Assembly (NCBI GenBank): GCA_963677895.2
Contig: CAXXGJ010000038.1
Span: forward strand, 320,001 to 384,000
Length of the DNA stretch: 64,000 bases
Reading direction: 5' to 3'
From: Treponemataceae bacterium
GTDB lineage: Bacteria; Spirochaetota; Spirochaetia; Treponematales; Rectinemataceae
Position 1 is the stretch's first letter. The number at the start of each line of letters is the position of its first letter. A program made the translations under genes and the position numbers. The notes under the pieces are model-generated. The model searched no databases, was not told the DNA's origin, and saw only the letters and a program-made list of their open reading frames with translations. Shown piece after piece: positions 39,756 through 48,825 of this stretch.

Positions 39756-40486
39756 TCTTCTGATTCGGGAAGTTCCATGTTGTGATAGACGTTCTGGACG
39801 TCTTCGTTCTCTTCGAGCCTGTCGATGATTTTCTGCACTTTGCCCGCCGCTTCGGCATCGAGGGCCAGGTACACATCGGGGATCATCGAGATTTCGGCGC
39901 CGAGCGTCGCGAAATTCTTGGCGTTCATGGCGTTGAGCACGTCTTCGAAGGTGGCCGGATCGGTATATACGGAGACGGTCCCTTCCTCGCTGACTATATC
40001 GTCGGCGCCGGCTTCGAGGGCCGCTTCCATGATCTGGTCTTCGGAATAGACTTCGGCGTCGTAGGTCAGGACGCCCTTGCGCTTGAAAAGGTAGGAAACA
40101 GAGCCGGAGGTTCCGAGGTTGGCGCCGGATCGGGTGAGAAGGTTGCGGATTTCTGCCGCCGCGCGGTTCTTGTTCTCGGTGAGGACCTCGATGAGCATCG
40201 CGCCGCCGCCGGGAGCGTAGGCTTCGTAGACGAGTTCTTCGTAGTTGACGCCCTCAAGTTCTCCCGCGCCCTTCTTGATGGCACGGTCGATATTGTCCTT
40301 GGGCATGTTCGCGGCTCTCGCCTTCAGGATTGAAGTGCGCAAACGTGGATTCATGTCCGGGTCGCCGCCGCCCATCCTGGCGGCTATGGAAATTTCCTTG
40401 ATGAACTTGGTAAACATCTGACCGCGCTTGGCGTCGGCCAGTCCCTTTTTGTGCTTTATGGTCGCCCATTTACTATGACCGGACAT
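39752..40486 (-). CDS. yebC: YebC/PmpR family protein
   Basis: MSGHSKWATIKHKKG signature; NMPKDNI; AAGGAG RBS. Confidence 0.96.
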   Translation of the reverse strand: MSGHSKWATIKHKKGLADAKRGQMFTKFIKEISIAARMGGGDPDMNPRLRTSILKARAANMPKDNIDRAIKKGAGELEGVNYEELVYEAYAPGGGAMLIEVLTENKNRAAAEIRNLLTRSGANLGTSGSVSYLFKRKGVLTYDAEVYSEDQIMEAALEAGADDIVSEEGTVSVYTDPATFEDVLNAMNAKNFATLGAEISMIPDVYLALDAEAAGKVQKIIDRLEENEDVQNVYHNMELPESEE

Positions 40487-40522
40487 AGGATCTCCTTATA
40501 TAAACCCAACAAATGACGCAAA

Positions 40523-40552
40523 ACGATAGCATAGCAACGAAATAACTGTCAA
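40523..40552 (-). promoter_or_regulatory. Promoter of yebC-ruvC
   Basis: TTGACA(40552-47)-N18-TATCGT(40528-23), with an extended TG before the -10. Confidence 0.6.
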
Positions 40553-43093
40553 CTACGCCTTTAGTCTGACGATCGTCTTGCCGTATCCTCCCTCTTCCGG
40601 CCTGGCGAAATGATAATCATCGACGGCGGGGTTGGACCTGAGGTAGTCATGGATGCCCTTGCCCAGAACACCCTCCCCCGTGCCGTGAATGATGGAAAAA
40701 AGGCTCAAGCCCTGGAGGCTGGCCGCATCGATCTGCCGCTCCACGGCGCTTATAGCCTCGAGGAGGCGGAATCCGCGCAGGTCGAGCTCGAAACTCGCGC
40801 GCGCCGGTCCCTCCGCGCCCGCCGGAGCCAGTTCGACATCATAGATGGGCCTGTCGGATTTCTTTTCCTCGACGGGCGCAAGGTCGGTTCTGGCGACCGT
40901 GAGGCGCATGGAGCCGATTTCGATGACGCATTTGCCGCCCGAGGCCTTCCTGATCAATCGAGCCCTCTTTCTATACGGCCCGTACATCACCTCTTCGCCC
41001 TCGGCGAAGACAGCGCGCGCCTTCTTTCCGGAAGAAGTCTCGCCGGGCGCAGCGTCCACGTCGGTCGGCTGAACCCGAGTCTTGAGTTCGGCTTCGGCCT
41101 CCAGCTCCTCGCTCTCCAGAACCCCATACTGTTTCTCGACGGATTCCGCGAGATCGGCGAGGAATTTCTTGACGTCCTTCGTCTTGTCGGTGTTCGCCCC
41201 CGATTCCCGAAGCTCGCGCACGAGGTTTTCGAGGGTTTTCCTGCTTTCCGAGAGAAGGTTCCTGAGGTCGGAGAGGCCGTTGCGGCGCAGCTCCGATTCC
41301 CGCTGGCGCACCCGCAGCACGGCGAGATCAGCCTTCCGCTTATCCTCGGTGACGGCCTTGAGCCGCTTCTTGTGTTCCCTCTCGAGCGTATCCAGTTCCC
41401 TGTGCTTCTCGTTCAGGCCCTTGATCATTTCCCCGACATCGGTCCGTTCGTCGCTGAGGTAGCGCCGCGCCCTCGTCACGATATCGGCCGCCAGCCCTGT
41501 CTGCGCGGCGATCTCGAGGGCGCGGCTTTCCCCGGGGATGCCCATGACGATACGGTAGGTCGGCGCGAGGAGGGTCGAATCGAATTCCATGCAGGCGTTC
41601 AGGCAGCCAGGCCTGGTATACCCATAGTTCTTGAGGATGCCGTGGTGTGTGGTCGCCATGGTGAGGCAGCCCTTCTCGATGAAAAAGTCGAGGAGGCCCA
41701 TGGCTATGGCGCAGCCCTCCTCGGGGTCGGTGCCGGCGCCCAGCTCGTCGAGAAGGACGAGGCTCCTGGAGCTTACGTTTTTCACGACATCGGCGATGAC
41801 CTTCATATGGCCGGAAAAGGTGGACAGGGACTGGTCGATGGACTGTTCGTCGCCTATATCGGCCAGGACGGCGTCGAAAATGGGCAGTTTCGTGCCCAGG
41901 GCCGCGGGAAGCCCCAGCCCGAACTGGTGCATGAGGGCGAAGAGCCCGATAGTCTTGAGCGTGACGGTCTTGCCGCCCGTGTTGGGCCCGGTGACGATGA
42001 GGGTGCGGGTCAGGTCGGGCACGTCGACGTCGATGGGCACGGCTCTCTTGCCCAAGAGGGGATGGCGAGCCCGCCAGATGGTGAACCCGGCGTCGATCAC
42101 CTCGGCCAGCACGAGTTCCTCGCGCCTCATCTGTATCGCCCTCGCCAGGCGCTGGTCCATATAGGCGAGGAGAATCCTGGCTTGCCCGATCGTAGGCGCG
42201 TCCTTTCTGACCTTCTCTGTCGTTTCCTTGAGGATGCGGAAAATTTCAGCCCTGAGCCGGGCTTCAAGCTGCACGAGTTCGTTGTTCTTTTCGACGAGGG
42301 CGGCCGGCTCTATGAAGACCGTCTGTCCAGAGGAGGAAACCTCGTGGACGATGCCCTTCACCCTGCCTCTGAAATTGGCCCTCACGGCCAGGACGGTTCT
42401 GCCGTCGCGCTGCGTGGGTTCGCCGGACTGGAGCGCCGAACGCAGATCGGGATCGTTCCGGTAGGAGTCGGAAATCGTCAGCAAATCGCGGTTGGCGCGC
42501 GCGATGGCATCCCTTATTCGCTTTATTTCGGGCAGATCGCGCAGTTCCCCGTCAGGCGTGAGAATATCAAATATGATTTTAGATACATGCTGAAGCTTAG
42601 GTGCGGTGGCTAGCAGTTCCCCTGCTTCCGATTCGGCCCATTTTTCGGCTAAGGCCTCGGGATCAAAGCCTCGCTTTTGATCAAAGCCCCACTTCCCCTC
42701 AATGGCGCCCACCTCGTCCGCCGCCGCCTTGCTGTCCTGACTTTTCAAGGCAAAATCGGCCCTGGAGAGCAGCGCGAAAAGCCTGTCGAATTCCTTCGTC
42801 CAGATGCCCAGCGCAAAGAGCTCCTCCAGCTCGAGGGTCATGCCCGAAGCGCCGAGGCGTTTCAAGGCTTCGGCTATTTGCGGAAAGGAAAAGGAAGGCA
42901 GCTCGCTGGAAGCGAGAAAGTCGCACAAGGAGGCTATATCGGCCTTAAAGCGTTCGAGGAGAACCTTGTCGTCGATGGGAAGCGAGGCGCGGACAAGCTC
43001 GCCCCCCTCCCATGAGAGGCAATACTCGGCCGTACGCTCGCGTATTCTGAAAAAATCGAGGAGCTTAAGGCTGTGATCGTTTTTTAAAAACAT
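40553..43093 (-). CDS. mutS2: MutS2 endonuclease / ribosome-rescue ATPase
   Basis: GPNTGGKT, IGDEQSIDQSLSTFS and DELGAGTDP motifs; C-terminal Smr domain (LDLRG, IIHGTGEG). Confidence 0.95.
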   Translation of the reverse strand: MFLKNDHSLKLLDFFRIRERTAEYCLSWEGGELVRASLPIDDKVLLERFKADIASLCDFLASSELPSFSFPQIAEALKRLGASGMTLELEELFALGIWTKEFDRLFALLSRADFALKSQDSKAAADEVGAIEGKWGFDQKRGFDPEALAEKWAESEAGELLATAPKLQHVSKIIFDILTPDGELRDLPEIKRIRDAIARANRDLLTISDSYRNDPDLRSALQSGEPTQRDGRTVLAVRANFRGRVKGIVHEVSSSGQTVFIEPAALVEKNNELVQLEARLRAEIFRILKETTEKVRKDAPTIGQARILLAYMDQRLARAIQMRREELVLAEVIDAGFTIWRARHPLLGKRAVPIDVDVPDLTRTLIVTGPNTGGKTVTLKTIGLFALMHQFGLGLPAALGTKLPIFDAVLADIGDEQSIDQSLSTFSGHMKVIADVVKNVSSRSLVLLDELGAGTDPEEGCAIAMGLLDFFIEKGCLTMATTHHGILKNYGYTRPGCLNACMEFDSTLLAPTYRIVMGIPGESRALEIAAQTGLAADIVTRARRYLSDERTDVGEMIKGLNEKHRELDTLEREHKKRLKAVTEDKRKADLAVLRVRQRESELRRNGLSDLRNLLSESRKTLENLVRELRESGANTDKTKDVKKFLADLAESVEKQYGVLESEELEAEAELKTRVQPTDVDAAPGETSSGKKARAVFAEGEEVMYGPYRKRARLIRKASGGKCVIEIGSMRLTVARTDLAPVEEKKSDRPIYDVELAPAGAEGPARASFELDLRGFRLLEAISAVERQIDAASLQGLSLFSIIHGTGEGVLGKGIHDYLRSNPAVDDYHFARPEEGGYGKTIVRLKA

Positions 43094-43102
43094 ACATCGA
43101 TC

Positions 43103-44131
43103 CTAAAAGAGTTCGTCGTGTTCGTCGAGATCGGCCGAACCCGAACCCCTGATTTTCGTCCTGATCTTGGATGAAAGCCCTCTTTCCTTCCTGCCGGGAT
43201 CGCGGACTCCCGACTTTTTCCACGCGACGGGCTGGACGAGGTCCTCCCTGATGCGCAGGTAGCTTTCATAACGGTCGGGATTGATGGTGGATTCCTCCAC
43301 CGCTTCCCTGATGGCGCAGCCTTCCTCATCCGTATGACTGCAGCGCGAGCCGTAGGCGCAATCCTCTATGAGAGGGAGCATCTCCGGGAAGCAGCCTGCC
43401 AGGTCGTCAGGGGGAAGGCTTCTGAGAGCCAGCCTGCGAATGCCCGGCGTATCGATAATCTTGAGTCCGCCGTCGGTGAGTATCATCTCGGCCATGGTCG
43501 TCGTGTGCTTTCCTCTGTCGTATTTTTCAGACACATCGGCCGTTCGGCGCTCGGTTCCGGGCACGAGGACGTTGAGGAGACTCGACTTGCCGACCCCCGA
43601 CTGTCCCGCGAACACGCCCACCGAGCCGGACAGGAGCCCCAGAAGCGCTTCTATGCCCTCGCCGGTCTTCACTGAACTCTGGATCACCCGGTAGCCTAGC
43701 TCGCGGTAATCCTCCAGGCGTTCCTGGACTTCCTCCGGGACGCCCAGGTCAATCTTGTTGAGCACGATGACGAAGGGAACGCTGGCCCATTCGGCCATGA
43801 CGGCCAGCCGGTCGATGAAGCGCGGCCTGAAGGGCGGCAGCCTGGGCGAAGTGACGCAGATCACCATATCGACATTGGCGGCGATAGCCTGCTCGGCCCT
43901 GCCCTTTTCGTTGTATCGGCCGAAGGTGTTCTTCCTGGGCAGCATCCTGGAGATGAGGCCCAGGCTGCCTTCGGTGGGAGTGACTTCCACGATATCGCCG
44001 ACGGCCAGACTGTTGTAGCTGCCCGTCAGCGCCTTTATCCTCTTGCCCTTTATCTGGCAGAGACGAAGGAATCCGTCGTCGCAGAGAACCTGGGCCGAAT
44101 TATTGGTTGAGAATATCACCGTCCCGGTCAA
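43103..44131 (-). CDS. rsgA: Ribosome small subunit-dependent GTPase RsgA
   Basis: NKID, GQSGVGKSS, GKHTTT and DTPG circularly permuted GTPase; C..C.H...GC zinc site. Confidence 0.95.
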   Translation of the reverse strand: MTGTVIFSTNNSAQVLCDDGFLRLCQIKGKRIKALTGSYNSLAVGDIVEVTPTEGSLGLISRMLPRKNTFGRYNEKGRAEQAIAANVDMVICVTSPRLPPFRPRFIDRLAVMAEWASVPFVIVLNKIDLGVPEEVQERLEDYRELGYRVIQSSVKTGEGIEALLGLLSGSVGVFAGQSGVGKSSLLNVLVPGTERRTADVSEKYDRGKHTTTMAEMILTDGGLKIIDTPGIRRLALRSLPPDDLAGCFPEMLPLIEDCAYGSRCSHTDEEGCAIREAVEESTINPDRYESYLRIREDLVQPVAWKKSGVRDPGRKERGLSSKIRTKIRGSGSADLDEHDELF

Positions 44132-44149
44132 GCTTTCACCCGCGGCATG

Positions 44150-44977
44150 CTAGAGCCGTTCCGGAGGAAGGAGGCCGAAATGTTCTGCCCATTGGGCATA
44201 CGAGGGATCGAATGGCGGCTCCCCGGTGAGGAAAAAGCGCCCTCGCCCGGAGGCTGTCGGCATGCTATCGTCCTTTTCCAGTTCGGTAATGATCTGCGCG
44301 AGCCTTTTGGCCACGCCCTGGCGGGAATCGACGATCTCGACGTCCGCGGCCCCGAGAGCGAGCGCGCAGGCGGCTATATCCTTCTCGACATGGAGAAAAT
44401 GCGTGCACGCGAGGATTATCCTGTCGACGCCGCGATCCAGAAGCGCGCGGACATAGGGCTCCACGACGGCCCGCCTCTCCTCTTCCGTCGACGTGAGGTA
44501 GCGGCGTTCCACGAAGGAAACCAGGTCCTGAGCCGGCAGCTTGACCACCTCCGTCTCGGAAGCGTAGCGGGCGATGAGATCGTCTATATAAGGATCGACG
44601 ACGGTCCGCTCGGTGGCCAGGACGCCTATGTGTCCGGTTTTCGAACTTTCGGCGGCGGGCTTTATGGCGGGCACGGTGCCTATAATGGGGAAATACGGAT
44701 GGGCTTCACGCAGCACCTTGAGGCCGGCCTGGCTGGCCGTATTGCAGGCGATGACGAGGGCTTCGGGCATGACCCTCGCCCTCAGGCGCCTTACCCTGTC
44801 CAGGAGCAGGGTTTCCAGCTGCCGGACCGTCTTCGTGCCGTAGGGAAATCCCTCATCGTCGGCGACGTAATGCAGAGTTGCCCCCGGAAGAAGGCTCCTG
44901 GCCTGTTCGAGATAGGAGAGCCCTCCCACGCCGGAGTCGAAAAACACGATGGAAGAATTCTTGGTCATGGTACTCAT
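44150..44977 (-). CDS. murI: Glutamate racemase
   Basis: FDSGVGGLS, FPYG, IACNTAS and LACTHF motifs. ATG 44977 overlaps the upstream stop (ATGA). Confidence 0.95.
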   Translation of the reverse strand: MSTMTKNSSIVFFDSGVGGLSYLEQARSLLPGATLHYVADDEGFPYGTKTVRQLETLLLDRVRRLRARVMPEALVIACNTASQAGLKVLREAHPYFPIIGTVPAIKPAAESSKTGHIGVLATERTVVDPYIDDLIARYASETEVVKLPAQDLVSFVERRYLTSTEEERRAVVEPYVRALLDRGVDRIILACTHFLHVEKDIAACALALGAADVEIVDSRQGVAKRLAQIITELEKDDSMPTASGRGRFFLTGEPPFDPSYAQWAEHFGLLPPERL

Positions 44978-45270
44978 TTCGTGAAGAGCGCGTCGAAGGC
45001 GGATTTCGCGGATTCGGCCTTGCCGCGCGTCGCGATCAAGCCCGCGTTCTTCACGCCGAAGCGGGCATCGGGGCTGAACCATTCGCAGAAATTCCTCTTG
45101 TCCTTTTCTGCGACGAGGGCATCGATGGTCTCGCGGCAATCCCAATGCGCCCCGACGAGATAAAAGGAACAGTGGAGGCAGACATGAAGGTCCTTGCCGC
45201 AGGAGGGACAGGTTTCGGAAAAACCGATCTTCGGGCTGGCCGGCAGCGCTTCCCCGCAATAATAGCACAT
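44974..45270 (-). CDS. Small Cys-rich (putative zinc-binding) hypothetical protein, 98 aa
   Basis: CYYC, CPSC..DLHVCLHC..FY, WDCRE and NFCEWF; translationally coupled to murI. Confidence 0.75.
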   Translation of the reverse strand: MCYYCGEALPASPKIGFSETCPSCGKDLHVCLHCSFYLVGAHWDCRETIDALVAEKDKRNFCEWFSPDARFGVKNAGLIATRGKAESAKSAFDALFTK

Positions 45271-45409
45271 GCCAGTATAATATACTCTAGGAGAGCCCCG
45301 ATTCAAGCAGAGGAAAGGCCTCCAGCCGGGCGGCTCCTGCCAGGCGGTTGGACACGGCTTCCCGCCGGGCGGCCTTGTCCCGCGGGTCGCGATGGTGTAG
45401 CCTGTCCTC

Positions 45410-46009
45410 ATGTACAGAAAGATGCCCTGCAGCGTCGCCGGCTGCGAGGGGACGGCCTTCGCGGGAAGTCCTTACTGCCGGATACATCATCCCAGCCCCC
45501 AGGAAGCGGTAAAGCTTCTCATGGACGGCATTATCGGCGAACGCAGCGCCATCAACATCGATTTTTCGGGGATAGCCCTGACCGTGGGAGATTTTTCGCG
45601 GATTCGATTCGTAGGCTGCAACTTCGGAAAGACCTCGCTCTCCCACATCATGTTCACGGGAGCCTCCTTCCGCCTCTGTTTCTTCGACACGGCCTCCCTC
45701 GATTCCTGCGATTTCTCGGGCGTGGACATGGACTTCTGCTCTTTCGGGGACGTGGATATTTTCGACTGCAGCTTCGAGAATTCGGAGCTCATCCACGTGA
45801 ATTTCGACGGGAGCAGGATCAAGGAGAGCACTTTTTCAAGCTCGAACCTCTACGATTCCCGCTTCATCCTGTCCGACATCGAGAATAGCCGTTTCGACGA
45901 CTGCGATTTCAAGCGCGTCTATTTCATGCCCAAGAAGGCCGTATCCGTCTCGACCGTAGGCTCGAACATCGCGGAAGCGGTGAAAGACATGGAGCATCTC
46001 TATCTATGA
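45410..46009 (+). CDS. Pentapeptide-repeat protein with an N-terminal Cys/His finger
   Basis: Repeated xxFxx pentads (CNFGK, ASFRL, CDFSG, CSFEN, STFSS); N-terminal CSVAGC..YCRIH. Confidence 0.82.
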   Translation: MYRKMPCSVAGCEGTAFAGSPYCRIHHPSPQEAVKLLMDGIIGERSAINIDFSGIALTVGDFSRIRFVGCNFGKTSLSHIMFTGASFRLCFFDTASLDSCDFSGVDMDFCSFGDVDIFDCSFENSELIHVNFDGSRIKESTFSSSNLYDSRFILSDIENSRFDDCDFKRVYFMPKKAVSVSTVGSNIAEAVKDMEHLYL

Positions 46010-46614
46010 AGATTTACCAGCATTATTCGATCTACGGTTTCTCGAACACGTACATTCTGGGCAACGAGGAGACTTCGTCGGCGATAATCGTGGATCCGTC
46101 CGAAGTGACGACGACGATGATAGACCAGATCGAGCACAAATCCTATTCGCTCAAGGCCATCCTCATCACGCATGACCATATTCATCATTGCAGGGGCCTC
46201 AAAACGCTCATGAAGATCTATGAGCCCGCCGTCTACGCTTCCAACAAGAAGATTTTCGATATCGTCTGCAGGAAGGTGCGCGATCAGGACAGCTTCGAGG
46301 AAGCGGGCTTCTCGATCAAGGCTCTGGCCGTGCCCGGACATTCCCAGGATTCCATGATCTACAGCATCGGCCCCTATCTCTTCACCGGCGACGCCCTGCA
46401 CGCGGGCATCATTGGGAAGACCACCTCGTCATTCAACGCCCAGGCCTTGTTCGAAAGGCTGGAGACGAAACTGCAGGGATATCCTGACGACACGATGATA
46501 TTCCCGGGCCACGGCCCGCCCTCGACCCTGGGGACGGAGAAGAAGTTCAACCTGGGCCTGAGATCCGACTACGCCGAACGACTTCATCCATCCTACGACT
46601 TTTTCGTGCAGTAA
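46006..46614 (+). CDS. MBL-fold metallo-hydrolase (glyoxalase II-like)
   Basis: NTY, IVDP, THDHIHH, PGHS, FTGD and PGHG motifs; ATGA-coupled to the upstream gene. Confidence 0.88.
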   Translation: MKIYQHYSIYGFSNTYILGNEETSSAIIVDPSEVTTTMIDQIEHKSYSLKAILITHDHIHHCRGLKTLMKIYEPAVYASNKKIFDIVCRKVRDQDSFEEAGFSIKALAVPGHSQDSMIYSIGPYLFTGDALHAGIIGKTTSSFNAQALFERLETKLQGYPDDTMIFPGHGPPSTLGTEKKFNLGLRSDYAERLHPSYDFFVQ

Positions 46615-46616
46615 GG

Positions 46617-47900
46617 TCAAATCTCCCGGATATTTTCCATTGAAAGATATCGGCGCGCCATTTTCGCCCAATGTCCAAAGCCGACGACGAGATGGTTTCC
46701 GAGAGGCTTATCGAGCAGCTTAGCCAGATCGGCGTTTTCCATTTCGATGACGGCCTGCGTCCTGCACAACCCCTCGTCCGATGGACAATCAGTGAGCTGG
46801 CCTTCGGCGAGCCAAACCTGGTCGAGGGAGACGCCCCCGATGCGCGCGAGGGTGACTGGCCCCGGCGCGAATTTCCCCGCTATGGCGACGCCCAGTCCCG
46901 ACTCGAAATGGCTGCGGATCCCGTAGCCCGTAAGGAGGGATCGGGGAACGGTGCAGTGGGCGAGCAGGATATTCCCTTTCTCCGAGCTCTTCCCCAGGTT
47001 GATTTCCGAAGGGTTGGCCATCCAGGCCGGCTTGCCCGAGAGCAGGCGCATCCAGCGGAGGGCAAGTATGGAAGGGATATCGCCCTCGCAGCCCGCGTCT
47101 ATCCCGTCGTCGGCCATCTGGGAAAGAGCGTAGCAGCCCGTCGCCTGTTCGAGGCTGAGCAGGTCGAAACACCTGAGGGTGAAGGCGTCGAGCCGTTTTT
47201 CGGCGACAATGGCGCGCAGGGCTCCGTATATCATGTCGGACTTGCTCATGTCCGTTCCGGCCGGCTCGATTTTATAGCGGGATTCCTTCAGGAATGAAGA
47301 AGCCTTCAGGCCGAGCGGTCCTTCCCTGAGTTCCCCTATTCTTTCCTCCAGCTCTCGGATCGTCACCGGTTCCAGCTCGGCGCCCCATGTCGATTTCAGG
47401 GCCGAGGCTTTCTGGCTGGACGCGACGAGCCAGTCCGAAGCCTCTCCCACGGCGCCGATCCGCGAGCCGCGCATGGCGGTTACGGCGCGGTTAAGGCCTA
47501 TCGCTTCCAGGATATCGGCGCGAGCCGAACCGTCTTCCGCCGACCTGACCTGTATGACCAGGGCTGATCCTCCGTCCTGTCTCGCCCGGGCGGCGATTTC
47601 CAGGGCCGCCGGCAGGGAGTTGTGGCGGGGATGGGCTATGAGGACGAGGGGATAGGGCTTGGCCGACGCGGAGGCAGGCAGGGAAGACAGATATTTGAGG
47701 ACAAGCCCCTCGGTTCCGCCCGTGAGGATGAAGAAAAACGGAGGCGCGGCGGCGACAGGGCCGCCGTCGGCGGGGGGAGTCAGTTCGACACGTTCTCCGT
47801 TCAGACCAGAAAAAAGCGGTTCAAAACCGGAAAATATGGTTTCAATGGCGCGGCTGTCATGAAGTACGGAAGAGACCACGGCATAGGAAAAATCGCTCAT
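46617..47900 (-). CDS. L-fucose/L-arabinose isomerase-family protein
   Basis: TGGTE, HNSLPAALE, GCEGD, LAHCTVP, CRTQ and GNHLVV motifs. Confidence 0.7.
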   Translation of the reverse strand: MSDFSYAVVSSVLHDSRAIETIFSGFEPLFSGLNGERVELTPPADGGPVAAAPPFFFILTGGTEGLVLKYLSSLPASASAKPYPLVLIAHPRHNSLPAALEIAARARQDGGSALVIQVRSAEDGSARADILEAIGLNRAVTAMRGSRIGAVGEASDWLVASSQKASALKSTWGAELEPVTIRELEERIGELREGPLGLKASSFLKESRYKIEPAGTDMSKSDMIYGALRAIVAEKRLDAFTLRCFDLLSLEQATGCYALSQMADDGIDAGCEGDIPSILALRWMRLLSGKPAWMANPSEINLGKSSEKGNILLAHCTVPRSLLTGYGIRSHFESGLGVAIAGKFAPGPVTLARIGGVSLDQVWLAEGQLTDCPSDEGLCRTQAVIEMENADLAKLLDKPLGNHLVVGFGHWAKMARRYLSMENIREI

Positions 47901-47959
47901 CGGCAGGCTCCTTGCGTACGGACGCCTTCATTCGGCGATTCCGTCCCCAGCCTCGGAGT

Positions 47960-48820
47960 CTACCAGACTTTTTCGGCTGAGAACAGGCTTTCCCTTTCCG
48001 CGAAGGCGTCCTGGGCCTCGATGATCGCCAGTTCGGCGGAACCTTGGGTCTTCGTCGCCTTGAAGACGGCGTGGACGGCGCCGGCCATGCGCTCCAGCGA
48101 AAGCACCGCGTCCCCTGTTTCCAGGTAATGGCCGAGGAAGAGCGCCGAAGCCATGTCGCCGGCGCCGTGAGGAGGGACGGGGAAGGAAAAGCGCGGGGTC
48201 CTGACGACATGGGCATGGTCGCCGAGCGAGAGCAGCGTGCAGATATGCTCGCCACCGTCCCGGATGGCGTCGAGGCTCGTGACGAGGACGATCCCGGGTC
48301 CTTTTTCATGGAGGATGGCGCAGGCTCGCCGGGCGTCCTCCATGCCTCCGATGGCGATTCCCGAGAGGACTTCGGCCTCGAACTGGTTGGGCTTGATGAT
48401 GGACGCCTCGCGGAGCGCCCTGTCGCGGTAAAACTCGGGGATGCCGGGTTTTACGTAGAGGCCGCGTTCATAGTCGCCCATGACGGGGTCGCAGCAGTAC
48501 AGCATTCTTGGATTGCGTTTCCTGATAGAGGCGACGATATCCAGGATGGCTTCCCCGACATCCAGGGCGCCCAGGTAGCCCGAAAGGAGGGCGTCGCAGG
48601 CGCACGCGCGGCCGAGGGCTTCCAGTCCCTCCCAGAGTTCCGCGATATGGGAGCCGGGAAAGACCAGGCCTTTCCAGGATCCGTACCCTGTATGGTTGGA
48701 GAATTGCACGGTGTTCAAGGGCCAGACTTCCACGCCCATCCTTTCGAGGGGAAAGACGGCGGCCCTGTTGCCGACGTGGCCGTAGACGACGTGGGATTGA
48801 ATCGAGAGCACGCTCGTCAT
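47960..48820 (-). CDS. pdxY: Pyridoxal kinase PdxY
   Basis: VLSIQSHVVYGHVGN, TVQFSNHTGY, DPVMGD, PNQFE and GAGD motifs. Confidence 0.95.
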   Translation of the reverse strand: MTSVLSIQSHVVYGHVGNRAAVFPLERMGVEVWPLNTVQFSNHTGYGSWKGLVFPGSHIAELWEGLEALGRACACDALLSGYLGALDVGEAILDIVASIRKRNPRMLYCCDPVMGDYERGLYVKPGIPEFYRDRALREASIIKPNQFEAEVLSGIAIGGMEDARRACAILHEKGPGIVLVTSLDAIRDGGEHICTLLSLGDHAHVVRTPRFSFPVPPHGAGDMASALFLGHYLETGDAVLSLERMAGAVHAVFKATKTQGSAELAIIEAQDAFAERESLFSAEKVW

Positions 48821-48825
48821 GGGGC

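Noticed and set aside
40610..42613. 667-aa plus-strand ORF
   Set aside because: Antisense shadow of mutS2.
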